Positions 1 through 12,326 of a DNA stretch of 64,000 nucleotides are shown here, piece by piece. Position 1 is the first letter of the stretch. The number at the start of each line of letters is the position of its first letter. Under the pieces are notes generated by a model. It was not told the origin of the DNA, searched no databases, and saw only the letters and a program-made list of their open reading frames with translations. The stretch comes from Leucoraja ocellata (lineage: Eukaryota). The translations under genes were made by a program, and so were the position numbers. The stretch lies in contig JAWMAR010000076.1 of NCBI GenBank assembly GCA_036785375.1, positions 5,828,001 through 5,892,000 of the forward strand, given 5' to 3'.

Positions 1-863
1 TTGAATAGGTTGGGTGAGTGGACAAATGCATGCCAGATGCAGTATAATGTGGATAAATGTGAGGTTTTCCACTTTGGTGGCAAAAACAGAAAAGTAGATT
101 ATTAGCTGAATGGTGGCCGATTAGAAAAAAGGGGAGATGCAACGAGACCTGGGTGTCATGGTACACCAATCATTGAAAGTAGGCATGCAGGTGCAGCAGG
201 CAGTGAAGAAAGCGAATGGTATGTTAGCATTCATAGCAAAAGGATTTGAGTATAGGAGCAGGGAGATTCTACTACAGTTGTACAGGGTCTTGGTGAAACC
301 ACACCTGGACCATTGCGTACAGTTTTGGTCTCCTAATCTGAGGAAAGACATTCTTGCCATAGAGGGAGTACAGAGAAGGTTCACCAGACTGATTCCTGGG
401 ATGCAAGGACTTCCATATGAAGAAAGACTGGATAGACTCGGCTTGTACTCGCTAGAATTTAGAAGATTGAGGGGGGGTCTTACAGAAACTTACAAAATTC
501 TTAAGGGGTTGGACAGGCGAAATGCAGGAAGATTGTTCCCGATGTTGGGGAAGTCCAGAACAAGGGGTCACAGTTTAAAGATAAGGGGGAAGTCTTTTAG
601 GACCGAGATGAAAAAAAACATTTTTCACACAGAGAGTGGTGAGTCTCTGGAATTTTCTGCCACAGAAGGTAGTTGAGGCCAGTTCATTGGCTATATTTAA
701 GAGGGAGTTAGATGTGGCCCTTGTGGCTAAGGGGATAGGGGGTATGGAGAGAAGGCAGGTACGGGGTACTGAGTTGGGTGATCAGCCATGATCATATTGA
801 ATGGCGGTGCAGGCTCGAAGGGCCGAATGGCCTATTCCTGCACCTATTTTCTATGTTTCTATG
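1..863 (+). mobile_element. CR1-clade (HER1-like) LINE 3' fragment, young subfamily
   Basis: RT C-terminal ORF (RDLGV...PHLDHCVQFWSP...), 3' UTR and (TTTCTATG)n tail. Confidence 0.92.
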
Positions 864-1094
864 TAATACAACCAGCAGCACTTCTCGAAGCAAGAGTGAA
901 CTGCATGGATACGCGTCAAATCATCATGCTTTCTCTATTGAGGCCAGGATTGAGCCACTGGAACAAGCCCAATACAGCCTTCGAGGTAAGGCCTGAGCCT
1001 CCAGGCCAAATCTAAGTCTGCTAGTGTCTCCTCTTCAAGATCAAGACTCAGCTGCCATGATCAGCCCAAGACAGGCAGCACTGCCTCATATGCA

Positions 1095-1340
1095 GTGTTT
1101 ACATGAACATCGAATTCTCCCTATTTTGTTAGTCCTTGCTGTCTCCTCCCCTTCCTCAGTCCCCCTGCTGTCTCCTCCCATCCCCCAGCCTTCGGGCTCC
1201 TCCTCCTTTTTCCTTTCATGTCCCCGCCCACCCCCGCCCCCGATCAGTCTGAAGAAGGGTTTCGGCCCGAAACTTTGCCTATTTCCTTCGCTCCATAGAT
1301 GCTGCTGCACCCGCTGAGTTTCTCCAGCTTTTTTGTGTAC
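1095..1340 (+). mobile_element. Penelope-like element 3' fragment/pLTR with 14-bp TSD
   Basis: CTGCCTCATATGCA duplicated at 1081-1094 and 1341-1354; same sequence family as the GIY-YIG-bearing copy at 41.8-42.5 kb. Confidence 0.85.
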
Positions 1341-1469
1341 CTGCCTCATATGCACACTGATGATGGAGTGACTGTACCCCCACTCAAACCAGGACTTTCT
1401 CATCACTATTCTCCTTCATATAAATAAATTATATGATGTGACTGCACCGTACTGCGAGTGATGGTGCAG

Positions 1470-1680
1470 TCAGTGTGGTGAACCTGTGGAATTCATTGCC
1501 ACAGATGGTTGTAGAGGCCAAGTGTTTCTCAAGTGAAGATTGACAGGTACTTGATTATGGTGTAAAAAGTTATGGGAAGAAGGCAGGAGAATTGTGTTGA
1601 GAGGGAAAGATCAAACCAACCATGATTGAATGGTGGAGTAGACTTGGTAGGCCGAATGGCCTACTTCCACTCCTATGACA
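1470..1680 (+). mobile_element. Older CR1 3' end fragment
   Basis: gtggtgaacctgtggaattcattgccacag...ggccgaatggcctact similarity to the young CR1 3' end. Confidence 0.7.
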
Positions 1681-2090
1681 TACAAAATTATTGGTAACCC
1701 AGCATCATCACTGATGACCCTGTGTGTAAAATTAAACCATATGAAATTGAAGATAATATTCTATCATGATTGAAAGTTAATTGCTAGACAGGGAGAAGCG
1801 ATTAGGGATAATTGGACAAGAATAAATAGAATGCAGGGCATTCAAGATCATTACAACTCACTGTTTCCAAAAAAAATATTTTTGGCCTTTATAAACAGTA
1901 TCGCTATTCCTATCACATCCACTCATAGTTTTGTAACTTTGAATATCCCCTCTTAATCTCTTGTTGGGCTTTGCATCTCTGAGAACCATCTGTACTTTTC
2001 CAAACACTTCTTTACCCCCAGTGTGTTGTTATTAACTGTTAAACAAAATAATGTTAAAATAAAAATAGAGAGCAGTTTAATTTCAGTAGT

Positions 2091-2096
2091 TTTATT
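2091..2096 (-). promoter_or_regulatory. Probable polyadenylation signal of COL12A1
   Basis: AATAAA on the minus strand followed by a U-rich tract, at the end of a roughly 3.2-kb stretch with no recognisable transposon. Confidence 0.55.
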
Positions 2097-3366
2097 GAAA
2101 AATGCCTCTTTTGTTTCAGAAATAAATAGGAAATTTAGGCTGTGAAATTCACAATGGGCAGTTACAAATATGAAGCAGCAATTCTATATCCATAGGCTTG
2201 CAAAGATTCCAACTGCATTCATGTTTCCGAAAACACTATATTCTGGTAAAAGTTCCATACTAAATATACATCACAGACATGCTTTTCCATCATTTTATGT
2301 AACAATTCTGCTGAGAACCAGCACATTTACATTTAAAGTATTAAAGTCTTAATGTAAAAAATAGTTCTAAGCAGTGTTAAGTACTGTGTCTGGTAGGTAC
2401 ATTGAATCTAAGCAGTATTCTTTTTAAGAGTGTGTTGCACTTAATCTTTTGATGTAACCAGCTGATACACTTGTAAGATAAAGTAAAATATTCCTATAAG
2501 CTTATAACTTAAAATACAGGCAGACTATATAATAATTGGAATGTATTGACAAACAGGTCTTTGATTAATTGTCGCTATTGTTTGAACATAATCTGGAGTG
2601 CTAACATTGGGTAAAGACTCAGAGTAACCATTGTGAATGCAGGCATAATGGGGACATTTGAAATTGGATAGAGAGACTGTGGTGTAGACTGATGTGAACA
2701 AAGATATTTCAAAAATATTGTAAACCTTTTTTTAGTGTTTTGGCATGTAATTCTGTGATGTAATTAAAATTAATGGGGATGCAGTTAAAACCAATCAATG
2801 CATCTGAATAACAGCAAAGGCATGTTACAAAGTAGAAGCATAAACACAAATAGGAAGAAAGTAACAGGCGTGAGTACAAAGAGGATATTTGCTGTACAGA
2901 AATGCCATTTTTCAAATGTTGACAACGAGGAAAGAAAAGGCTAACCTGATTGCTGTGGTTACAACATTGAAAGATAGCTTGCCATTGTTTTTAACCAAAT
3001 CGTTTCTACAGAAAGCTTTAATGCACATTGTGCAGGGGAAATTGTGTGGATATTAGGAACTCTTCCAGATTTTGCATGTAACAATGTTGCAGTAACAAAA
3101 ATGTATCTACTTTCATTCAAGTCAATTTGGGAGAATTGTTCACTTATTGTCAAATGAATTTATGCAAGATATAAATCCAAAACCGAAAAGTTACAATTCA
3201 GATCATGAATATTTTCTAGCTGGTCATTCAAAACTAAATAATCCAAAATATAGAAGCTTCTGCAGAAATGAATGTGGCAATAAGGCACAGACTGAAATTC
3301 AACTGGATTCAATGCATCTTCATGCCCTCCCCCATTTATTGGAACAATGATGGACATTCCTCATGA

Positions 3367-3506
3367 TTACACTTGACTAAATCCAGGCGACTGAATTTCA
3401 GATTCAATTTGGTCGATTTCTTCATCCTCTTCCCTTTCTATGGGAACAACACGGGTTTCTGGACGGTAGGGTTGTTGCTCGTAATGTCCTGGTTGGAAAT
3501 ATGGGT
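3367..3506 (-). CDS. COL12A1: Alternative terminal coding segment, long acidic NC1 variant (NPYFQPGHYEQQPYRPETRVVPIEREEDEEIDQIESEIQSPGFSQV*)
   Basis: Open phase-1 frame of higher GC inside an AT-rich UTR; resembles tetrapod long NC1; gag| acceptor with CTGAC branch motif 25 nt upstream. Confidence 0.75.
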
Positions 3507-5263
3507 CTCATATATCAAACACTATAATTGTCAGCCTACCAGTCCTCATGTGTAGACATGTACACATGTTGGACACAAAATCTTACAACATATTCATTTA
3601 TATATAATATCTATATATGTATACATTTATATGCATATTTTGATTTACATTCACCTGAAAATTAGTCTTTTGCACAGTTATACTATTTTCTAACAAAGCA
3701 ATGGGGAACAATAGAATTGCTTCTTTTTAACTCATCAGTAAGATTTGTTTAAACACCTTTTTCCTGAATAAAATAATTAAAAAAAATAAACCAAAACAGT
3801 AATTGAACATGAAGCATAACCATCATCACATTTGGAATTGTAGGGCAGCTTAAATCATGTGGTGCAACATACATAAAGGGATGCCCAATAAAGGACAAAT
3901 ATTTTGTTAAAAATTCTATGTAGGTCTGAGCATGATTAATACTCACACTGAATGTTCTGATTTTGAACTGCCCAAGGCTGTTAACAAATACCCACTAAAT
4001 ACAATTTAATAATATGAAGGCAATTGCAGTTTTAAATAGGACAACTAAGGGAAAATAGCAGACAGAAATACAAGGTAGTCATGGAAGAAAAAGGGGAAAT
4101 AAGTAAGAACAGTGGTGGATGCATTGCTCATATATTTGAGGCTCTAATTCACAAATCATGGGGGAATTTAGTTTGTTTGGAGTATGAATCAGAGGAATTA
4201 CCGATACTCTTACTCATGTTTGGCTGTGTGTGGCTCCTTACAAGAAGAACAGGGACAAACAAATTCAGACTTAGAAATTGTGGTATCATTCCTAGATTAT
4301 CACCACCTATGCAGCTGATAATATTACAACAGCAAAGCCATATTGTTTGTTTCTTATTGTTGTACAACCATTTTTCTAGTTAAACCAAAACATTTAAAAT
4401 ATATATATGCTCTGCCTTCATGGAGTCTGAAGTAAGTTATTTTGACCTCACTCCAGCTTAACCTGCATTTCTTCATGCCTATCGTGTCTTAGAGAAAGAT
4501 TTTGATGAAATATGTTTTGTTTTTGGTAGCAAAAAATGGCATTAGTGAATCAATAGCCCATTTAACTTTCAATCTAATTTTCGTTTCAAACTTTGTAAGA
4601 CGTTATCTGGCCTGTAGAACATATATCCAATTAACGATTGCTCATTGTAGATTACCAAAGACAAATTTCACACCTCTCTATGCTTCTATGATTCTTTTGA
4701 TTTATTTCAGTATTGTTGTATCAGTTTTTAGGGGGATACTTTAATGCAAGAATGGTTACTTTCTAAAGCAAATAGCAAATAGCAGGCCTGAATATAGAAG
4801 CTGATTTAATAGATATTACATCTGGTGTGGGTTGTGATTTAGATTGAACCATTGAAATGCCACAATTAGTTATTTACAGAAACAATACGACAAAATAATT
4901 TGAACATTCCAAGCTAAAAATCTATGATTTTGTTTGTTGTGGTTTGCAAAATAATACAACCTCCGTGGGGTTAGTTGTAATTTTAAGCTTTGTTCGTGTG
5001 TGAGATTTTTTTTGCTTCACGATGAAACAATCTTACTAGGACAGGCATCTCTGACGTCTGTTTCATATATAGAAATTGCAAACTCTCTTAGTTTAGTAGG
5101 TGTGATTTTCTTTCCTTATGAAGAACTGATGGTCAACAGAGTTCGTTAAATCAACTCCTGGTGAATTTTCCAAAAAGGCTCATTTCTTATTAAGATCGGG
5201 AACAAATATTTCAGAAACAGGACTTTTCGGTTTTTTGTAAGCATCATAGGTAGCTAGTAAAAT

Positions 5264-5274
5264 TTATCCGGAAC
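5264..5274 (-). CDS. COL12A1: Terminal coding segment, short NC1 variant (SSG*)
   Basis: ttcttaacctatttcag|GT TCC GGA TAA; phase 1 joins the previous exon; equivalent to the mammalian GYPGSG* ending. Confidence 0.85.
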
Positions 5275-8200
5275 CTGAAATAGGTTAAGAATGATATTAG
5301 TTTTGGGAAAAATAACTAAATATATATATATATATATATGTATATATAGTTTTCTCTTTTATTGCAGTGGCGAATAAACAAGATTTTTCTAATTTCTTTT
5401 AATTATTCAGTACAAAAATCAAACATGTTACATCACAATATTTAGACCATTAACATATCTGGGAAGAGGGTTAATTTTCTCTGTGCCCTAGTTGGTGTTA
5501 ATTCCAGGAAGCCTTTTTATCTACACCGATTTGGTTGTATCTTAAACACAGTAAAACTATTGCACTGAGAAAATTAAAGTCTCTTTTATTGATGTTTTTA
5601 TTGTATTTAACAACATTTGTTTAGTTTATTTTTTTTTTATTGGTAGTAAGTTAAAAAAAAAAACAACTTAGTTAGATTTTAGTATGTTTCAGCATTTTAT
5701 AAAGTTAATTTGTTCTCAAGATCTGTTTATGTTTCTTGTGAAGATTTTTTATTACTTTTCATTTATTTATTTTTGTTAAATTAGACTGCAAATTCAACTC
5801 TATAGCACTTTTAAAATAAACAATGGCTACAGTTGTAGGGTCAATATATTTTATCATCAGTTCATGGATTTATCTGCAATAATAAAGCTCTAATAATATT
5901 AATACTTTTGTTCACTCTGGCCATAGCTTTCTTTGATGATTAGAACGATTTCAGCTCAGATAGTTTGACCAAGTATATCACATTTTTGTCTGTTGGAGAG
6001 AAGGGGATCATCAAAATCAAAGAAATGAAAGTCCTGAACACCGATTACCAGGGAAAGGAAATCCCTGAACAGTTGAAGGAAAGTTTGTGGGACTGGCGAT
6101 TAGGACCGAGATGAAGAGAATGTTATTTCTAAAACCAATTATGAAATAAATTGGAGTTTAAATTGGAGATAGGATAATGAGAAAGGGAAAGGAATGCATA
6201 TTTTGAAGTGTTGAAGGAAAGGAAGTCCTGGAAATAGGGGTAGAAAAGTTATATTTGCATAGATTTTATAGTGGGAAAACTTTGAATGTACGGGGCTTTT
6301 AGGTGAGGTGAACCTCTGCATTCATTGGCTTTGTGAGGTTGGAAAATACTGCACTCGTGGTGTCAGTGGAGGAAGAGGACACTTTAAATTGGGGGGGGAA
6401 TGTAGCAATGCCTGAGTCAAAGCTATGATATTTTCTATTCCTATCAAATCAGCCACCTTCCTTCCAATGCGAACAAGGCCAGCCTATTTAATCACCCAGC
6501 ATAACAAAAGTAAATATTAAGCATAATTTTAGTCTACCCTATATTTTCTAAACTATTGAAGAATGGGAGATAATCTCATTAAAACTTGTGAATTTAATGT
6601 GAGGTTTTGATGGGATAGAGTACATTACTAGAAAATCAAGAGCAATAGAAAATAATCTGAGAATTCTCGTTTAGTTGTGATTCTTTGAAACTCCCCAAAA
6701 GACTATGGAAGCTCGGTTATGAATACATTAAAGACGATTAAATAGATTTCTAGGACCAAGTGAATCAAAGGATTTGTAAAGCCTATGGGCATGGGGTTGA
6801 AAGGCTAATGGGAACAGCATTGAGAAGGGAGAAGGGTAACAATTGTGGGTTTAACAGATGAGGGGCAGTGTTGCTCATATTAGTATATATTTTTTATGTA
6901 TGAATAACAAAATTGCAAAACAGGAACAATAATGCAAGTAACCCAGTGGACAGAAAGTGCTTAAATGAAAATAGAGTGCTGCGAATATTATGTAAAATTC
7001 TAGGTTTCTCTTTTGTAGCAGTCAAAAGTTGTTAGTTATCTTTGCATATACTGTAGATGGTGAAAGTAGTTTTCACTTTGAGGTGAATTGTTGCAAGCAA
7101 TGGTAACAGGTTTTTTGCTTCAAGAAAGACCAGATACAGTCCTGGTGAAAATAAGCAGTTATTTTGACAGGAGTGATAGAGATATATGGCATGTCCTGTC
7201 ATACAGTAATGAGGGGCAGGTAACATAAGCTTAAGGAACATCACCTTATCTTTCAATTAGGCATATTACACCTCTCAGGACTCAATATTGAAATCAGCAA
7301 TTTTAGATACCAGACCTTCCAGTTTATATCAGATCTGCCCAGTACTAAAAGTGTTTTGTACCATCATCCCTTGTCATTCGTCTCCTTCTAATTACATCTG
7401 TTCCAGACTGATATTAAAGGCTTCACCACTTTCTATCTGCTAGCACCAGACTGTTTGCATTATTCAATCTCTCTTTGTCATTGCTCAGTCATGGTAATTC
7501 CCTTTGCCCTCTCCATGCCTCTTCTTAAAAGCAAATTTGTTTTTAACTTTTCCTGGTTCTGATGAAAGGTTAATCTTAAATGTTAACATTGTTTTTCTCT
7601 CCACAGATGTTGCCAATTCTGTTCAATGTTTCCATAATTTACTTATTTAATAATTTTGAAATGGATATCACTCTCTGTATTCCATGAGTATTCCATAGAA
7701 ACCTTAATTGGAGTTTCAAAAGTGGCTTTCCAGTTGTGACTTTCCTGAAAGATTCTCTTCCGTTGGTGTTTCCTTTCTCACTTTCTTTCTCTCTACCTCA
7801 TCAATTGTGGCATATGGTCAACTGACATTATTCCAAAAAGTGACACTTCTCACAGCATGAATTAGTGATCACTGCTGAATTACAGAATTGGAATATTTGA
7901 CCATGTTTTCTTTCCTGCAGGCGCATGTAACTTAGAGAACCACAGGCAAAAATCTGAGATGCAAACAATGAATTGGAATAGCTAATACTTTTTTCTTATG
8001 TTTCTTATTGTGCCTGGCGCAGAGATAGAAGGTTATTTGACCCAATGTTTCAAAGCTGCCTCTTTTGAAGAACTTTGCAGTGAGGCCCACTCTGACACTC
8101 TTTTCTCTTAGTTCTATAAGTAATTCCTGTTACTGTTGAATCTGCTACCACTGCTCTTTAATGTAATGTAAATCAGATCATAGCTTTTTTTCTTATATTC

Positions 8201-8659
8201 CTTCCATTCTGAAGGAAAAAATGTTAAATTTATGTCTTTGAGAATGGAAAAGGTTATTCTTATCTACTCAAAAGCACTCAGAATTTTGAACTTAAAAAAA
8301 AAATCTGCTCGAATCATCTCCATCTCTCTTGTTCCTTAACATAACAGATTACTAAACTCTGATATTGTTCTTTTTTTCAGGATGTTTCTCAGGATGACCT
8401 CTTATTTCATGCCAGTTGGTGTGTCTATCTCAATACCTCTTAAGCATTTCTATTGTATTTGGTTCTATGACCATACTTGGCAGTGCATTCCAGGGACTTA
8501 CCACTCTTTGAGTAAAAAAACACTTATCTCCCACATCTCTTTTAAAGCTTCTCTCTCTTCTCTTAAACCTATGCTGTTAGTATTTTAAATTTCTGCCTTG
8601 GGAAAAATACTTTGAAAGATTCAACCCTATCTAAGCCTTGCATTATTGTATATGTTTCT

Positions 8660-9256
8660 AGGAGTAAAGAGGTTCTTCTGCAGTTGTATAGGGCTCTGGG
8701 TGAGACCACATCTGGAGTATTGTGTACAGTTTTGGTCTCCTAATTTGAGGAAGGACATCCTTGTGATTGAGGCAGTGCAGCGTAGGATCACGAGATTGAT
8801 CCCTGGGATGGCGGGATTGTCATATGAGGAAAGATTTAAAAGACTAGGCTTGTATTCACTGGAGTTTAGAAGGTTGAGGGGGGATCTTATAGAAGCATAT
8901 AAAATTATATAAGGACTGGACCAGCTAGATGCAGGAAAGATGTTCCCAATGTTGGGCGTGTCCAGAACCAGGGCCACAAGAATAAAGGGGAGGCCATTTA
9001 AGACTGAGGTGAGAAAAAACTTTTTCACCCAGAGTTGCGAATTTGTGGAATTCCTTGCCACAGAGAACAGCAGAGGCCAAATCACAGGATGGATTTAAGA
9101 TAGATCTTTAGGGGCTGGTGGAATCAAGGCATATGGGGAGAAGGCAGGCACGGGTTATTGATTGGGGACGATCAGCCATGATCACAGTGAATGGCGGTGC
9201 TGGCTCGAAGGGCCGAATGGCCTCCTGCTGCACCTATTTTTTATGTCTATGTTTCT
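8660..9256 (+). mobile_element. CR1 LINE 3' fragment, abutting an older minus-strand CR1 remnant at about 8380-8655
   Basis: [17 protein letters not shown]; tail ttatgtctatgtttct. Confidence 0.9.
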
Positions 9257-10049
9257 TTAAGGGGGAATCTATCCAGTAAGTGCCTGGCAATTATATACTT
9301 TAAATAAGTGCAATGTAATATGAGTGAATTTCAGAGATATAATTATTTGCCAAGATAGTGTTGCAGCACAGAGTTATGTGTCATTATTATCATCAATAGA
9401 AATATATTACCCTTTAATCATCATATAATATTCGTGTTTATGTCTTTATCCAAAAGGATCTTAGAATTGTTTCTGGGAGCTATTCGGGTCTGTTAGACTG
9501 ACGCACTAGGACTTGCCTGTCACCTTACCCTTTCCATTCATTCCCTTTGTTTCCCACTAACCAGACTGCAAATATATAAAAATGTTATCCAGTGTGTAAA
9601 CCACTGGCCACAAGTGACTTAAGAGAAATCCAGATTTTGCATCTGATTAATAGATAACGAGAAGTATTTGGTAATGTGGTTATGGATATGTGTTTGTTTA
9701 ACATAACTATGGTTACTGAATGATAATAATTGTTAATTTAAAACACATTTACTGAAACTGTGTGAATATGTGTGAAGCACTAAAATTAATGTATGTAACT
9801 AAATATAGCCACAACAGTGACCAGTCAACACTTTCAAATGAGTAACATTGATTTAGCTATGCATTTCATCATCCATGAAAACATCTTAATTTTCTGTGGA
9901 AAGAATTGCCTGTCATCCTGCCAGGAGGATACAATTCAGCTACCATGCAATTCCTGGAGAATCTCAAACAATCAGAGAGCCTTGACAACCCTAACTGTGG
10001 TCCTCACTCGCCTTTGGACCTGATAGTCATGTGAACCAAGCCACAGATG

Positions 10050-10181
10050 GACACAAAATGCTGGAGTAACTCAGCGGGACAGGCAGCATCTCTTGAGAGA
10101 AGGAATGGATGAAATGGGAGTTATTCCAGCATTTTGTGTCTATCTTCAGTTTAAACCAGCATTTACAGTTCCTTCCTACAC
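10050..10181. mobile_element. Short fold-back Penelope-pLTR derivative
   Basis: GACACAAAATGCTGGAGTAACTC ... GAGTTATTCCAGCATTTTGTGTC inverted arms. Confidence 0.7.
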
Positions 10182-10875
10182 ATTGAATTAAGCCACATCC
10201 TGGCTTCACAAATCCTTCTAAATAAAATTATTAGTGGAAAAAGATCTAATACAGGTGCCATACCATGACAAATCACTTCTTACAGATAACATCTCTGCCA
10301 AATACCACAGTTATTCCACGCTCTCTTATTAAAGTGATTTGTTAACTTATGTTGTTATTTCAGTTACTTGTTGGTTTAGCCATCTGTTTAAATTCAGATT
10401 TATACAAGCAGCCACAGGAGCAATAAAAAAAAAATTCCAGTAACTGCTTTCATTTGCAAAAAAATGATCAATGTTATAACACTGCAATTAATATTTATTA
10501 TGTTCTGGTTGACCTATCGATAAATAAATTGCATACCACAGGACAGAATGGTCGACTGATCACACTCCAGTTTTCTGAAGCTTAAACTATTCATTTGTCA
10601 AATTGATGGTTGGTTTACAAGCTTCACCAGAAGCCTATTAGTTTTTAGTACCTTGATTTACATTGTTAATTACTATGTTAAAAAGTCATATTTTTAAAAA
10701 TAAAAGTTATCTTTTAGAAAAATATTTATAGCATAATTATAAAAGTAGTTAAAGAAGTTCTGAATTTACCAAATCAACAGGAGTTTATTACGAAAAGGTG
10801 TTTAAAAACTATTGTCAGTTATATGATTTCAAAATACAAAAATTTGCATAATTAACTTTCAAAAGTATAACCTAC

Positions 10876-11040
10876 TTGGATATCCATTGTAAGGGATGCC
10901 TGCACACATTGAGGAGTCGCAGTAACCAGGAGGGCCAGCTGGACCTCTAATTCCATAATGTCCTTGACGACCAGGTGGTCCAACGGGTCCCCTTGGACCT
11001 GAACCACCTGCCGGACCAGTTCTTGATTCTCCTGGTGGGC
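10876..11040 (-). CDS. COL12A1: COL12A1 exon, end of COL1 and start of NC1 ([12 protein letters not shown]...[20 protein letters not shown])
   Basis: 165 bp, ttatag| and A|gtaggt; FACIT C-x4-C motif and GESRTG imperfection. Confidence 0.94.
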
Positions 11041-11394
11041 CTATAAAGAGAAAACAGACTGATCATGCCTGGTCCAGAATAATGTTAATATTATTTCCCT
11101 GTTTCAGTTTCATTTCCTGTTTCAGTTTAATTTCCTGCCTCAGTTTCATTCGATCTCTATTATGTCTCATCCTTTAATTACCTCAGCAAACCCACAACTC
11201 TGTTGGAACACAGAACAGTGCAGCTCAGGAACAAGCCCTTCAGCGCACAATGGCTGTCCCCAACTTGATACCACTTCAAACCAATCTCCTCTGCCTGCAC
11301 ATGATCTATATCCTTCCTTCCATCCACCAATTAATGTACATATCTAAAAGCCTCAAGGTTACAAGGGAGGTAACAAATAAGGTTGATCAGGGTT

Positions 11395-11755
11395 GTATTT
11401 CAAGTAGAACTGCAGATGCTGGTTTGCAAAAAAATGACATAAAGTGCTTAATTAAGCGGGTCAGACAGCATCTCTGCAGAACATGAACAGGTGACGTTTT
11501 GGATGGGGGAGTGAGAAGCTGAAGGAGAGGGGGCAAAACAAAGTCTAGCAAGTAACAGGTTCATACGGGTGGGGGAGGGGACTAATAAGCAGCTGGTTTG
11601 ACAAATGCTAAAGATGAAACCAAAGGTGTGGACAAAAGGATTGAACAGTCGTGAATTTAAGCTGGAGGTAAGAATGTAGGTGGAAGGGGAGGGGCCAGGG
11701 AGAAACAGGTGCATGTCCAGATGGGGCACAGGGAGGGGAAAGAAGGGTGGAAATG
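11395..11755 (-). mobile_element. Decayed Penelope-like pLTR
   Basis: gaactgcagatgctggtt...cagacagcatctctg motif followed by a purine-rich tract. Confidence 0.6.
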
Positions 11756-11759
11756 TGCA

Positions 11760-12326
11760 CAGCTTTACTGGGCACAGCTTCAAGGTGAGAGGGGCAAAGT
11801 TTAACGGAGTTGTGTGAGGCAAGTTATTTTAGACAGATTGATAACAGGGGTGGTGCTGGATGTAGATATTATGGTTAAAGAGGCTTTTAGATTGGTGCAT
11901 GGATATCCAGAGAATGGTGGGGTAAAGATCACAGACAAACAGAAGGGATTAATTTAATTTGACATTATGTTCACCACAGACGTTGTGGGTCGAAGGGCCT
12001 GTTCTTGTACTGTTTGGTCTGTGTTCATGCATGCAGAAACGTATATCCATATAAAAGTTATTGTTTACTCTAAAAGATGAACTCACTTCTTAATATAGCA
12101 CACAGAGGATGGTGGGTGTATGGAACAAGCTGCCAGAGGAGGTAGTTGAGGCAGGAACTATCCCATCATTTAAGAACCAGGTGGACATGTACATGGATAG
12201 GACAGGTTGGGAGGGATATGGACCAAGCGCAGGCAAGTGGGACTAGGGTAGAGGACATTGTTGGCCGGTGTGGGCGAATTGTGCCGAAGGGCCTGTTTCC
12301 ACTATGTATTAATCTATGACTCTATG
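11760..12326 (+). mobile_element. Two tandem older CR1 3' fragments
   Basis: ggaacaagctgccagaggaggtagttgagg; gaagggcctgtt; (actctatg) tail. Confidence 0.7.

Noticed and set aside
121-676. Overlapping sense and antisense ORFs in CR1 copies as host genes
   Set aside because: LINE ORF2 fragments and their antisense shadows, repeated five times in the window
2100-5260. miR-29 sites expected in a collagen 3' UTR
   Set aside because: No AGCACCA match on the plus strand found by eye; not supportable without a scan
9991-10019. Possible extra terminal exon cag|GT CCA AAG... (SPKASEDHS*)
   Set aside because: No polypyrimidine tract, adjacent to a repeat, and no resemblance to known NC1 variants
11094-11150. 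Three copies of an 18-bp unit near the last COL1 exon acceptor
   Set aside because: Ordinary slippage minisatellite, outside the core splice signals
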